Below are positions 29,287 through 39,784 of a DNA stretch of 64,000 nucleotides, one piece after another. The stretch lies in the NCBI GenBank assembly GCA_043745805.1, contig JAYTSD010000038.1, positions 34,807 to 98,806 of the forward strand, written 5' to 3'. The stretch is from Fibrobacteria bacterium (GTDB taxonomy: Bacteria; Fibrobacterota; Fibrobacteria; UBA11236). The notes beneath the pieces were generated by a model, which was not told the DNA's origin, made no database searches, and worked only from the letters and a program-made list of their open reading frames with translations. The translations under genes were made by a program, and so were the position numbers. Every line of letters begins with the position of its first letter. Position 1 is the first letter of the stretch.

Positions 29287-32115
29287 ATGAATAATGATAA
29301 AAAAACCCGAATAATTCTAAGCCTCCTCGCTTTTGGAATAGCCTTTGTGACTTATTTGCTCACCATGGCACCCACAGTATCCTTTTGGGATTGTGGAGAG
29401 TTAGTGGGTTCATCCAATATTTTAGGTAACCCCCATCCTCCTGGAAATCCATTTTTCATATTGATTGCGCGGTTGTTTATTTTGTTCGCACCTTTTAAAG
29501 AACTGGCCACGCGCGTGAATTTTATTTCCGCCTTAACCAGTGCCTTAACAGTTACGGTAGTTTTCTTGTTTACCGAAAAACTTTTGACCATAGTTTTTAA
29601 AGATACGCTCACACGCTTTAATGTTTTTTGCTCGGCTTTCATTGCCTTTCTCTTAGTCACTTTTTCCGATACTTTTTGGTTTAGTGCAGTAGAAGCGGAA
29701 GTGTACGGAACTTCTATGTTAATCGTCATGTCTATTTCTTGGTTATCTCTCTACTGGTATGAGAATATGGGCCAAGCTAAAGGGGATCGTGCTTTATTAT
29801 TGATTTGTTATCTCGGCTTTTTAGGTATGGGTGTGCATCCTTTTTCTTTCATTACTATTCCTGCCGTGGCGGTATTTATTTTATTGGCTGATAAAGAAAG
29901 CCGTACCAATGTTCCCATGCTGATTACGGGTTTGGCATTATTGTCCATCATCTATGCTATTGGGAATTTTATATTTTTTGCCCTTGGCGCTTTGGTTTTT
30001 TGTTTTGTGGGTTGGGTACTTACTCATGATCAAAAATGGCGCAAGAAATGGTCTTTTTCCATGTGGCTTTGCATTGTGGCTATTGCAGGATTTTCTTCTT
30101 ATGCCTATGTGCCTTTACGCTCAAAAGTGAATCCCGATATTAATGAAGGGGAACCCGATAATTGGGTAGCCTTTAAAGAATATTTAGAACGTAAACAATA
30201 CGGTTCCGAATCCATGATAGAACGCGCTATACATAGACGCGGACTATTTTCCAGCCAAGTTTTAGTGCATCCCCACATGGGTTATGGTGGATATATGTTA
30301 TCACAATATTTTCCTTGGAAAGTAGGAGAAACACGCGGCGATGAAAATGAACCAGTGGTACGCAATATTTTTGGCAAAAAAATGGAATTCCATACTTTAT
30401 GGGACACTATTGGTAGCAAGCCTGGAGTACAAGGCATTTTGTTTTTACTCTTTCAATTACCTATTGTCCTTGGAGGCTATTGGGTTTATAAAAAAAATAA
30501 AGCGATTGGCTTATATGCGGCTATACTTTATGTGTCAACGAGTTATGGTTTAATTTTTTATATGAATTTTGCGGATGGCTCGCAACTTGAAGCGCGTGAT
30601 TATCAATACTGGATGGAAAGTGGAGGCAAACCCGATAACAAACCCGATCCAGTACATTTGGAAGTAAGAGATAGGGATTATTTCTTCACGCCAGGATTTA
30701 TTTATATGGCGATATTATTTGGCTTCGCCTCAGCCTTGGCCATGCAAAGATTGAGAGAAAAGCAAGGCGATTCGTCTAGCCTTCCTAAAGGTGTAGGCAT
30801 TGCACTAGCGAGTTTGGCTTTTGCCGTACCGGCTTTTTCAAATTATAAAGAACATAATCGCAGTGGAGATTATGTGCCTTGGGATTATGCCTACAATATG
30901 CTGCAATCATGTCGTCCTAATAGCATACTTTTTACTAATGGAGACAATGACACTTTTCCTTTATGGTTTTTGCAAACGGTAGAAGGCATTCGTCATGATG
31001 TGCGCGTGGTCAATCTCTCTTTGGTGAATACCAATTGGTATATCAATCAAATGAAAGAGGTCGAACCGCTAATGAAAATCGGTTTTTCCAAAGAACAAAT
31101 TGATGCTTTGGAACCGGCACAATGGCCGTACAAACAAAAAGTTAGCGTGCCGATGCCGAATAGTAAAATTGTAGTGGATTTAGAACCACGCCCTTATATT
31201 AAGGTGCAAGATATTATGGTGATGAATTTGGTACAAAATAATTATCCCAAACATCCTGTGCATTTTGCGGTGACCGTATCCGATGATAATATGATGGGCT
31301 TGGAAAAATATTTGAAAATGGAAGGTATGGTCTATACCTTAACTGAAGAAAAGCTCAATAAAGAAATTGATGCCGCCGCTACGGCGCGTTTGGTGGACTC
31401 AGTTTATAAATATCGTGGATTGGGTGATAATTCAGTATTCATTGATTTAAATACCGAAGGATTATTAACTAATTACTCGGCTACTAATTTCCGCTTAGTG
31501 ATGTGGGCACAAGAAAAGATTACCGCTCTTGATAAAACCATTGTGGAATTGAAAGCGAAATCTAATGATTCGGCAAAAGTTGAGTTAGCCTCCAAAGAAA
31601 AAGAACGCCAAGAAAAAATTGCTTTTGGTGAAAAGTATTTGAAACTGAATAGCAAAATTCTTCCTCGTGAATGGCGCAATGAATATTATAGTGCCCAATT
31701 TTACACCTTCATTAAAGACTATCCTAAGGCGGAAGCAGAATATTTGAAGGGCTTAAAAAGCTCTCCCAATCCTAAACTATTCGGAACCAATTTAGCCCAA
31801 TTATACTTGGAAGAGCAAAAGTTTGGACAAGCTGAAGTCATATTAAATGATTTGAAAAAGAATAATCCTAATGATTTTGAATTGTGGTATGGACTGAGTG
31901 AGCTCTATCAAAAGCGCGGCGATATTGCTAAAGCTCGTGAAGTACTCGCTGAATGGTTACAGAAAAATCCCGGCCACCAATATGCATCCATGGTGGATCA
32001 GCAAATTCGCGCCATGACGAATCAATTACGTGCTCCTAAAATAGATAGCACAAATATGCCTAAGACGAAGGATAGTGCTGCGGCGCATGATTCTTCGGCT
32101 CATCAGCGCGGATGA
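29287..32115 (+). CDS. DUF2723 / TMEM260-like GT-C membrane glycosyltransferase with C-terminal TPR
   Basis: APTVSFWDCGE, HPPG, FSDTFWFSAVEAEVY, RDRDYF and FTNGDNDTFPLW motifs; many TM helices. Confidence 0.88.
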   Translation: MNNDKKTRIILSLLAFGIAFVTYLLTMAPTVSFWDCGELVGSSNILGNPHPPGNPFFILIARLFILFAPFKELATRVNFISALTSALTVTVVFLFTEKLLTIVFKDTLTRFNVFCSAFIAFLLVTFSDTFWFSAVEAEVYGTSMLIVMSISWLSLYWYENMGQAKGDRALLLICYLGFLGMGVHPFSFITIPAVAVFILLADKESRTNVPMLITGLALLSIIYAIGNFIFFALGALVFCFVGWVLTHDQKWRKKWSFSMWLCIVAIAGFSSYAYVPLRSKVNPDINEGEPDNWVAFKEYLERKQYGSESMIERAIHRRGLFSSQVLVHPHMGYGGYMLSQYFPWKVGETRGDENEPVVRNIFGKKMEFHTLWDTIGSKPGVQGILFLLFQLPIVLGGYWVYKKNKAIGLYAAILYVSTSYGLIFYMNFADGSQLEARDYQYWMESGGKPDNKPDPVHLEVRDRDYFFTPGFIYMAILFGFASALAMQRLREKQGDSSSLPKGVGIALASLAFAVPAFSNYKEHNRSGDYVPWDYAYNMLQSCRPNSILFTNGDNDTFPLWFLQTVEGIRHDVRVVNLSLVNTNWYINQMKEVEPLMKIGFSKEQIDALEPAQWPYKQKVSVPMPNSKIVVDLEPRPYIKVQDIMVMNLVQNNYPKHPVHFAVTVSDDNMMGLEKYLKMEGMVYTLTEEKLNKEIDAAATARLVDSVYKYRGLGDNSVFIDLNTEGLLTNYSATNFRLVMWAQEKITALDKTIVELKAKSNDSAKVELASKEKERQEKIAFGEKYLKLNSKILPREWRNEYYSAQFYTFIKDYPKAEAEYLKGLKSSPNPKLFGTNLAQLYLEEQKFGQAEVILNDLKKNNPNDFELWYGLSELYQKRGDIAKAREVLAEWLQKNPGHQYASMVDQQIRAMTNQLRAPKIDSTNMPKTKDSAAAHDSSAHQRG

Positions 32116-33248
32116 AACGCCCTCGTCTTCTTCTGCTCAATTGGCGGGACATGAAAAATCCCGAAGCAGGCGGAGCGGAGGTGCATCTGCAAGAAGTGGC
32201 TCGGCGTTTAGTCGCTGATGGCTTTGTTTGCATTCAGTATTCCCATGCTTTTCCTGGTGGTAAAGATCGCGAGAATATTGAAGGTGTGCAAGTTATTCGC
32301 CAAGGAAGCAAGCTACTATTTAACTTTACGGTTTGGAAAAATTTACGACGCTGGGTGCGCGAGCATCAAATAGATGTTGTATTAGATGACTCCAATAAAA
32401 TTCCTTTTTTGGCGCCCTTGCTTTCACCCGTTCCGGTAGTCGCGCAAATCCATCATTTATTTGGCCGCGTGGTATTTAAAGAAACCGCTTGGCCTATGGC
32501 GCTTTATGTATTGGCTTTTGAGAAGCTAATGCCTTGGGTATACCGTAATGTGCAGGTTTATACAGGTTCGGCAAGTAGTCAGAGCGAATTACGAAGCAAG
32601 GGTTTTAAACGCGTGAATATTGCTGTCGAAGGGGTGGATTTACAACTTTATCAAGTTCCAGCGAACAACCAAAAAAAGCCTCGGCAAATATTATATGTGG
32701 GACGTATTAAGCGTTATAAAAAATTGGAAATCATTTTAGAAGCCTTGGCATTGGTGCAAAAAAAATGGCCTGAGGCTTATTTGCTCATTGCCGGTAGCGG
32801 AGATGATACCCCTCGATTAAAAGCCTTAGCCCAAAGTAAAGGCATGGCATCCTCGGTGAAATTTTTGGGATTTGTTACGGAAACGCAAAAGGTACACTTG
32901 TATGCGGAATCCGCCGTGGTAGTTAATTCTTCGCTTAAAGAAGGTTGGGGTTTAACCTCTATTGAAGCAAATGCTTGCGGCACTCCTGTGGTGGCTACCA
33001 ATGTTCCTGGATTATGCGATAGTGTACGCCATGGCGAAACCGGATTACTTGTTCCTTTTGGGGATGCGCGAACTTTTGCCCAAGCCTTAGAGAAAATTTT
33101 GGCAGGGGATAATTTTACCCAAACAATGATTGAGGCCGGATTAAATTGGGCGCATCAGCATACTTGGGAGCCCGCTTATACGGCTACGCGCGAAGGTATT
33201 TTGCAAGCTTATGGCGAAAAGTCTAAGGGAGCAAAAAGTGTCGACTAA
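32112..33248 (+). CDS. glycosyltransferase family 4
   Basis: NWRD..NPEAGGAE and EGWGLTSIEANACGTPV motifs. Confidence 0.92.
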   Translation: MKRPRLLLLNWRDMKNPEAGGAEVHLQEVARRLVADGFVCIQYSHAFPGGKDRENIEGVQVIRQGSKLLFNFTVWKNLRRWVREHQIDVVLDDSNKIPFLAPLLSPVPVVAQIHHLFGRVVFKETAWPMALYVLAFEKLMPWVYRNVQVYTGSASSQSELRSKGFKRVNIAVEGVDLQLYQVPANNQKKPRQILYVGRIKRYKKLEIILEALALVQKKWPEAYLLIAGSGDDTPRLKALAQSKGMASSVKFLGFVTETQKVHLYAESAVVVNSSLKEGWGLTSIEANACGTPVVATNVPGLCDSVRHGETGLLVPFGDARTFAQALEKILAGDNFTQTMIEAGLNWAHQHTWEPAYTATREGILQAYGEKSKGAKSVD

Positions 33249-34269
33249 GCCAAAAAATCAAAATTGGAAAAAACCACTTTGGTTAGCATTCCGTATCATG
33301 GCAGTTACCTTGGTTTTACTCTATGTCTTTAAAAAAAATGGGCAAGGCAAAATTCTTACAGCACTTTTATCAGCAGATCCATTTTGGATCAGCTTGGCCG
33401 CTCTGTTATTTTTTGTCTCCATCATATTAGGCTCTTTGCAATGGTATTTATTGCTGCATTATCAAGGCGTGGACTTAAAGCCTAAGGCCTGTTTTCGCAT
33501 TTACTATTCAGGCATGTTTGTAAATAATTTTTTGCCTTCTACCGTAGGAGGCGATGCTTTACGCGTTTATCAAGTACAAAAAGAAGGTGCTTGGTTAGGT
33601 AAAACTATGGCGGCTACCTTTATAGATAGATTATTCGGTTTTTGTGTGCTGTCGCTTTTTTCTTTAGTGGCGGTATTGGTTACGCTTTGGCAAGGAACTA
33701 TAGACCCTTCTGTCTTCCGGCATCTTTTTGCAGTGGTAACTTGTGTGTTTACGGTATTAACAATGGTTTTGATTTTATTACTGAGTCGACGTATATCCGG
33801 ATTATTGCATCGCCTTATTCGTCGGATGGGTTTGCGTTGGTTGGATGAAACCTATACGCGCGTGCAAGCGCATAGCGATGCCTATCGTTCTCAACCAGCT
33901 AAAATGATCTTGGTTTTGGCTTTGGCTTCCGTGGTGCAAGTACTGCGTATTTTTGTGCATTGGTTTTCGGCTATAGGTTTGGGTTTGCATATAGCCCCTA
34001 TTTTTTTCTTTTCCTTTATTCCTATTATCGCTTTGGCGGGTGTTATTCCGCTTAATATTGGGGGTTGGGGAATTCCGCAAAGTTTAGGGGCTTATCTTTA
34101 TAACTTGCCAGGAGTTATTGTAGCCTCGTCTACATTTACTAATGCCAACGCTCCTGCAGCGGCTTTAGCTTTTTTACCTTCCGTGATTGGCTTGGTTGTC
34201 ATGCTCGGAGGAGGTTTTTACTTTATTTTTCCAAACACAACTCCAGCGAATGAGCAGAAACTCCCATGA
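33238..34269 (+). CDS. UPF0104/LPG-synthase TM domain (putative flippase)
   Basis: NNFLPSTVGGD, DRLFG and PLNIGGWG motifs; GTG start at 33238. Confidence 0.85.
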   Translation: MSTKPKNQNWKKPLWLAFRIMAVTLVLLYVFKKNGQGKILTALLSADPFWISLAALLFFVSIILGSLQWYLLLHYQGVDLKPKACFRIYYSGMFVNNFLPSTVGGDALRVYQVQKEGAWLGKTMAATFIDRLFGFCVLSLFSLVAVLVTLWQGTIDPSVFRHLFAVVTCVFTVLTMVLILLLSRRISGLLHRLIRRMGLRWLDETYTRVQAHSDAYRSQPAKMILVLALASVVQVLRIFVHWFSAIGLGLHIAPIFFFSFIPIIALAGVIPLNIGGWGIPQSLGAYLYNLPGVIVASSTFTNANAPAAALAFLPSVIGLVVMLGGGFYFIFPNTTPANEQKLP

Positions 34270-35207
34270 AACTTTCAATTGTAATTCCTGCTTTTAATGA
34301 AGTGGAAAGCCTACCTAAATTAATGGAAGAAATTCGCGTAGTATGCGAAGCCGAAAAAATAGCCTATGAGGTGATTGTCATCGATGATGGTAGCACCGAT
34401 GGTACCTTTGAATGTATTCAATCTTTGTCTACGCAAGATAATCGTGTGGGTGGATTTAAATTTCGCGGGAATCGCGGCAAAGCGGCGGCGTTAGCGATTG
34501 GTTTTCATCATGCACGCGGTGAATATGTGATTACCATGGATGCCGATTTACAAGACAATCCCAAAGAAATTCCTGCACTTATTAAAATGCTTGAAGAGGG
34601 CGCAGATATGGTATCGGGATGGAAACAGAAGCGTTATGATCCTTGGCATAAAACTATTCCTTCTAAGTTTTTTAATGGTATCACCAGTCGCGTCAGTGGC
34701 CTGTCTTTGCATGATTTTAATTGTGGATTAAAAGCTTATCGCTCCGAAGTAGTGAAAAACATTACTTTATATGGTGAATTGCATCGCTATATTCCGGTGA
34801 TAGCGAATTGGAATGGATTTAAGGTTGTCGAAAAAATTGTGGAGCATCGCGCACGTGAATTTGGTTATTCAAAATATGGCTGGGCCAGAGCTAAAGGGTT
34901 ATTCGATTTAATCACCTTGGTTTTTTTACATCGCTATACCAATCGACCTTTGCATTTATTTGGATTTATTGGATTAGTTTTTTCCCTCTTGGGGGCATTT
35001 ATTCTAGCTGGATTTGGCGTAGATTGGATTGTCACTCACAATATTCATATTCGTCCCCTCATGCTGGGTGGCATGGCTTCGGTGATACTGGGCATTCAAT
35101 TTGTGTCTATTGGTTTAATTGGGGAAATGATCAATCAACGCTTCGCCGCTTTAAATGGCGCGAATGTTTTGGCACCGGTTGCTAAAACTACAGAAAACTT
35201 TAGGTAG
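34266..35207 (+). CDS. GT2 polyprenyl-phosphate glycosyltransferase (ArnC/GtrB-like)
   Basis: IPAFNE, DDGSTD, MDADLQD, HDFNCGLKAY; two C-terminal TM helices. Confidence 0.9.
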   Translation: MKLSIVIPAFNEVESLPKLMEEIRVVCEAEKIAYEVIVIDDGSTDGTFECIQSLSTQDNRVGGFKFRGNRGKAAALAIGFHHARGEYVITMDADLQDNPKEIPALIKMLEEGADMVSGWKQKRYDPWHKTIPSKFFNGITSRVSGLSLHDFNCGLKAYRSEVVKNITLYGELHRYIPVIANWNGFKVVEKIVEHRAREFGYSKYGWARAKGLFDLITLVFLHRYTNRPLHLFGFIGLVFSLLGAFILAGFGVDWIVTHNIHIRPLMLGGMASVILGIQFVSIGLIGEMINQRFAALNGANVLAPVAKTTENFR

Positions 35208-35210
35208 ATT

Positions 35211-36080
35211 TTGCGCGTATTAATTGTCGGTTGTAAGGGGTTGTTAGGCCAAAATTTATTGGCTTATGCACCCGCTGAAGTAGAATTGTGTGGGATCAGT
35301 AAAAGTGCGGATCCTTTAAATAACTCTTGCTTAAAAGCTTATCGTAGCGTAGATGTTACAGTCCGTGCTGATTTGGAAAGAGCCATAAAGGATTTTAATC
35401 CCGATTGGATATTTAATGCAGCAGCCATGACCCATGTCGATCGTTGTGAAACCGAACCACAAATTTGCGCCCAATTAAATCGCGATAGTGTGGAATGGAT
35501 GGCGGCGAGTGGGAAGCCCATGGTACATATTTCCACCGACTATGTTTTTGATGGAGAAAAGGGTCCCTATGCCGAAGAAGACGTTACCCATCCTTTAAGC
35601 GTTTATGGACAAATTAAATTAGAGTCCGAAAATATCGTATTGCAATATTCTTCCCAATCCCTTGTGATACGCACTATGCTCTTATGGGGCAAACAAATGG
35701 GAGACAAAACCAGTTTTCCTGACTTTGTGAAAAATACTTTGGAACAAGGGAAAATGGTTCGCTGTGCAGACGATCAGTGGGGACATCCTACATTGGTCGA
35801 TGATTTAGCACAGGGCATCTGGACGCTATGGAAGCTGAAGTCGGTCGGTCTTTTCCATATCAGCGGGCCGGATTATGTTAATCGTTTGCAATGGGCTGAA
35901 GCCATCGCACAATTTTATGGCTTGCCCTTAACCGGTTTGACCTCAGTTAAAACATCGGAATTGGGGCAACCCGCTCGTCGACCGCTAAAATCAGGACTAA
36001 AAATCGATAAATTCGTGCAAGCGACGGGACTAAAACCAAAAACTTTGCAAGAACAATTGCAATTTGTAAAAAATTTTTAA
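35211..36080 (+). CDS. rfbD: dTDP-4-dehydrorhamnose reductase family SDR
   Basis: GxxGLLG, AAMTHVDRCE, HISTDYVFDG, YGQIK and ARRP motifs. Confidence 0.85.
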   Translation: MRVLIVGCKGLLGQNLLAYAPAEVELCGISKSADPLNNSCLKAYRSVDVTVRADLERAIKDFNPDWIFNAAAMTHVDRCETEPQICAQLNRDSVEWMAASGKPMVHISTDYVFDGEKGPYAEEDVTHPLSVYGQIKLESENIVLQYSSQSLVIRTMLLWGKQMGDKTSFPDFVKNTLEQGKMVRCADDQWGHPTLVDDLAQGIWTLWKLKSVGLFHISGPDYVNRLQWAEAIAQFYGLPLTGLTSVKTSELGQPARRPLKSGLKIDKFVQATGLKPKTLQEQLQFVKNF

Positions 36081-36115
36081 GGGTCTTTTTATATTAAACC
36101 CATTTTGGAACTCCC

Positions 36116-36820
36116 ATGTCTAGAATATTAATCATAATTCCCACCTACAATGAAACGGAAAATCTTCCATCCTTACTGGAAAAAATCCGTGCCTTAAATC
36201 TTGGCCTTGAAGTGCTCGTAGTGGATGACAATTCTCCCGATGGCACGGGTAAATGGGTGAAAAAGGAAATGGCGGAAAAACCAGATTTGCATCTGTTGCA
36301 ACGCGCCGGAAAATTAGGCCTGGGTAGCGCTTACCGCGAGGGTTTTAAATACGCTATTGCAAATAATTATGATTTAGTTTTTGAAATGGATGCGGATTTT
36401 TCCCATGATCCTAAACATCTTCCTGAGTTTTTAAAACAAATAGAAGATCATGATTTGGTCTTAGGTAGCCGCTATATTACCGGTATCACCGTGGTTAATT
36501 GGCCACTCAGCCGTTTACTGCTAAGTTATTTTGCTAATTCTTATGCACGTTGGATTACAGGCTTACCGATTAAAGACTGTACCGGCGGCTTTAAATGCTT
36601 TCGCGTATCTGCCTTAAAAACTTTGGATTTAACAAAAGTCAAAAGCGATGGCTATTCCTTTCAAATCGAAGTGACGTATAAGTTATGGAAAAAAGGATTT
36701 CGGATAAAGGAAATCCCGATCATTTTTGCTGATCGGACTGCAGGTGTTTCTAAAATGTCCGGTACGATTATCAGCGAAGCTTTGTTTTTATTGATTCGTT
36801 TGCGTTTGGGGAATCATTGA
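36116..36820 (+). CDS. polyprenol monophosphomannose synthase (Dpm1/Ppm1-like GT2)
   Basis: PTYNE, DDNSPDGTG, KLGLGSAY, EMDADFSH, GYSFQIE and GVSKMS motifs. Confidence 0.9.
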   Translation: MSRILIIIPTYNETENLPSLLEKIRALNLGLEVLVVDDNSPDGTGKWVKKEMAEKPDLHLLQRAGKLGLGSAYREGFKYAIANNYDLVFEMDADFSHDPKHLPEFLKQIEDHDLVLGSRYITGITVVNWPLSRLLLSYFANSYARWITGLPIKDCTGGFKCFRVSALKTLDLTKVKSDGYSFQIEVTYKLWKKGFRIKEIPIIFADRTAGVSKMSGTIISEALFLLIRLRLGNH

Positions 36821-36821
36821 A

Positions 36822-38432
36822 GTGACCGACGCTTTGCGTCCGGGATTATCGGTTATAATCGTTTCTTATAATGTAAGAGAATATCTCGACGCTTGTTTAC
36901 AAAGTGTTTTGCATGCCGCACAAAAATTCTCCGGCACTTTGGAAGTGATTGTTTTTGACAATGATTCGCGCGATGGCACTTTAGCTTTGTTACGTCCACG
37001 TTACCCCACGGTGAATTGGCTGAGCTCCGATCGTAATTTAGGTTTTGGATCCGGTTGTAATCGCGGCGCGGCGGTGGCTACGCAGCCGTTATTACTATTT
37101 CTCAATCCCGATACCATTGTGAGCGAAGATACTTTTACAGTGATGTGGGATTTTTTCCAACAGCAAGAAAATATTGGCGTTGCAGGCTGTAAAATTGTGA
37201 ATCGTGATGGAAGCCTACAGCTTGCTTGTAAGCGCAGTTTTCCTTCGCCTAAAGTAGCGGCTTTTAAATTGATCGGTTTATCCGCATTGTTTCCCCAAAG
37301 TCGGATTTTTGGCCGTTACAATCTTACCTTTTTAGATCAAAACCAAACTCATGAAGTGGACGCCGTTTCTGGATCTTTTCTTTGTGTGAATCGCGATTTA
37401 TATCAACAAATACATGGCTTTGATGAAGAGTTTTTTATGTATGGCGAGGACTTGGATATTTGTTTTCGCATTAAGCTTTTAGGCAAAAGAAATTATTATC
37501 ATCCCGCCACCAAGGTGATACATTTCAAAGGTGAAAGCGCTAAGAGCAGACCTTTACGTTCTTTCTTTTATTTCTATGAAGCTATGGTGATTTTTTCTAA
37601 AAAACATTTTGAATTAAGAGTATTGCCTTTTTCATTGTTTTATTTAGGCATCTTTATATTAGCCTTGGTGAATTTTGCTTCGGAGCGGGTACAAAAATGG
37701 CAACGCTGGCTAGTGGATTTACTGTTAGTAAATGGTGTCTTGGCTATGGTGAATCAATTCTATATGCATCTCTTGGGTCAAGCGTCGCTCTTTTTTTATA
37801 ATCGTAGTTTGTATTGGTTTTGGCACGCCTTAGTCTCGGTATTTGTTTTTATTCCCATGGTTAATATTGGGGAATATGGCCGTCGCATGCAGTCGCCAGC
37901 CAAAGTATTTTGGACTTTATGCATTTCTTTTTTGAGCTTTTTTTCGGTCAGTTTTTTTATGAAAGAAGAAGCTTATTCTCGGGTAGTTTTTGGTTTCACC
38001 GCTTTACTTTGTTTAATTCTTTTGCCAGGTTGGCGCCTATTCGTGCAGCATGGAGGGCGGTTTTTGTCTAGGATTATGGGGGCGAATAAACGTGTGGCTA
38101 TTATTGGAGTGAATGAAAAAGCACGTCAATTAGCACTTTTAATCGAAGCTGACCAATTACCGGGATATGAATTCCTCGGTTTTATTCCTGTTAATGTTGC
38201 CGAAATTAATGCAGACATGAAAGCTAATATTATTGGCGATTTAAATGCTTTAGCGGGTCTTATTAACAAAGTGGACTTGCATCAGGTGATAATCGCGGGA
38301 GAAGAGAGCAGTTATGAAACGGCCTTGTCCATTCTGGCCAAAACTTCACGCGGAAAATTAGACGTTAAAATGCTCGTTGGCGACCCAATGCCTGGATCAA
38401 TATCCTTAATTGACTTAGATTTTGGAAAATGA
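36822..38432 (+). CDS. GT2 glycosyltransferase with C-terminal TM bundle and Rossmann-like domain
   Basis: IIVSYN, NLGFG, LNPDT, FDEEFFMYGEDLD, HFKGES; then TM helices and an IIGxN Rossmann-like segment. Confidence 0.88.
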   Translation: MTDALRPGLSVIIVSYNVREYLDACLQSVLHAAQKFSGTLEVIVFDNDSRDGTLALLRPRYPTVNWLSSDRNLGFGSGCNRGAAVATQPLLLFLNPDTIVSEDTFTVMWDFFQQQENIGVAGCKIVNRDGSLQLACKRSFPSPKVAAFKLIGLSALFPQSRIFGRYNLTFLDQNQTHEVDAVSGSFLCVNRDLYQQIHGFDEEFFMYGEDLDICFRIKLLGKRNYYHPATKVIHFKGESAKSRPLRSFFYFYEAMVIFSKKHFELRVLPFSLFYLGIFILALVNFASERVQKWQRWLVDLLLVNGVLAMVNQFYMHLLGQASLFFYNRSLYWFWHALVSVFVFIPMVNIGEYGRRMQSPAKVFWTLCISFLSFFSVSFFMKEEAYSRVVFGFTALLCLILLPGWRLFVQHGGRFLSRIMGANKRVAIIGVNEKARQLALLIEADQLPGYEFLGFIPVNVAEINADMKANIIGDLNALAGLINKVDLHQVIIAGEESSYETALSILAKTSRGKLDVKMLVGDPMPGSISLIDLDFGK

Positions 38433-38461
38433 CTTTTTGGAGCCTTTAAGAGAAAGGGATT

Positions 38462-39415
38462 ATGCCAATACCTAAGGGACCTTATTTAGAATTCGAAAAA
38501 CCAGTAGTTGAACTGGCCCTTAAAATTGAGGATTTATTAAAAGATTCTGAAATTACTTCGGCGGATGTGCGTCAGCTGATTACTAAAAAAGAAAATTTAC
38601 AGAAAAAAATTTACAGTAAATTAACGGCTTGGAATAGAGTAGAGCTTTCCCGCCGGGTCGGACGACCTTATACCTTGGATTATATTCAAAGTATATTCAC
38701 CGATTTTCAAGAATTACATGGCGATCGTGCTTTCGCAGATGATCCTGCAATCGTGGCGGGTTTAGCAAAAATTAAAGGCCAAAGCGTGGTCGTGATGGGT
38801 CATCAAAAAGGTAAAGACACCAAGGAAAGTTTGCGCCGGAATTTTGGTATGGCCAATCCCGAAGGTTATCGTAAAGCCTTACGTTGTATGCGCCTTGCCG
38901 AAAAATTTAATTTACCCGTGATAAGTTTTATTGATACCATGGGAGCCTATCCTGGTATTGGAGCCGAAGAGCGCGGACAAGCGGAAGCCATTGCGCGAAA
39001 TTTACAGGAAATGTCTATACTTCCCGTGCCTATAATCATTGTCATTATTGGCGAAGGCGCTAGTGGTGGTGCTTTGGGTATTGGTGTAGGTGATAGGATG
39101 TTGATGTTAGAAAATGCCTGGTATGCGGTGATCTCACCCGAAGGTTGTGCCACCATATTGTGGGGCGATTCAGCAAAAAAACAAGACCTCAGCGAAACCA
39201 TGAAATTAACCGCCGCGGACTTGGCGCAATTAAAAATTGTCGATAGAATAGTGCCCGAGCCTTTAGGTGGAGCACATTGGGATCCCGAAGAAATGTTCGG
39301 TATTATGAAAACTATTTTGATTGAAGAATTAGACGTTTTGAAAAAAAATAAGCCTGCTGAATTGGTTGAAAAAAGATTTGAAAAATTAAATGCGCTGGGT
39401 TCTTTTTCCGGCTAG
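38462..39415 (+). CDS. accA: acetyl-CoA carboxylase carboxyltransferase alpha
   Basis: [36 protein letters not shown] and VISPEGCA motifs. Confidence 0.97.
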   Translation: MPIPKGPYLEFEKPVVELALKIEDLLKDSEITSADVRQLITKKENLQKKIYSKLTAWNRVELSRRVGRPYTLDYIQSIFTDFQELHGDRAFADDPAIVAGLAKIKGQSVVVMGHQKGKDTKESLRRNFGMANPEGYRKALRCMRLAEKFNLPVISFIDTMGAYPGIGAEERGQAEAIARNLQEMSILPVPIIIVIIGEGASGGALGIGVGDRMLMLENAWYAVISPEGCATILWGDSAKKQDLSETMKLTAADLAQLKIVDRIVPEPLGGAHWDPEEMFGIMKTILIEELDVLKKNKPAELVEKRFEKLNALGSFSG

Positions 39416-39423
39416 GGAGATTT

Positions 39424-39681
39424 ATGGTCGATCCACAACTTTTGGAAATATTATGTTGCCCCGAAACCAAACAGGATATTTCCTTGGTTTCCAGTGAAAT
39501 TATTGAGAAGTTAAATCAACTTATTGACAAGGGTTCTCTTAAGAATCGTGGGGGCGAATTAGTCAAGGAAAAATTGAACGGCGGATTATTGCGCAGTGAT
39601 AAGCAATATTTGTATCCAATTCGGGAAGATATTCCCATTATGCTAATAGATGAAGCAATTTCTATGCAAGGTTTGATATAA
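39424..39681 (+). CDS. Trm112/YcaR family protein
   Basis: LLEILCCPETK ... YPIREDIPIMLIDEA. Confidence 0.88.
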   Translation: MVDPQLLEILCCPETKQDISLVSSEIIEKLNQLIDKGSLKNRGGELVKEKLNGGLLRSDKQYLYPIREDIPIMLIDEAISMQGLI

Positions 39682-39698
39682 TTGTGGATTGAGAGAAT

Positions 39699-39763
39699 TC
39701 AAGTTTTGGTTTGTGCCGCGTTGTCATTTTGCAGCACAAGTTGGGTTTTAACTTGATTTTTTT
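39699..39763 (+). terminator. long G-U-rich hairpin with U7 tail
   Basis: TCAAGTT...TTGTGC...GCACAA...AACTTGA followed by TTTTTTT. Confidence 0.45.
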
Positions 39764-39784
39764 ATTCTCACCGAAGGGGCGAAA

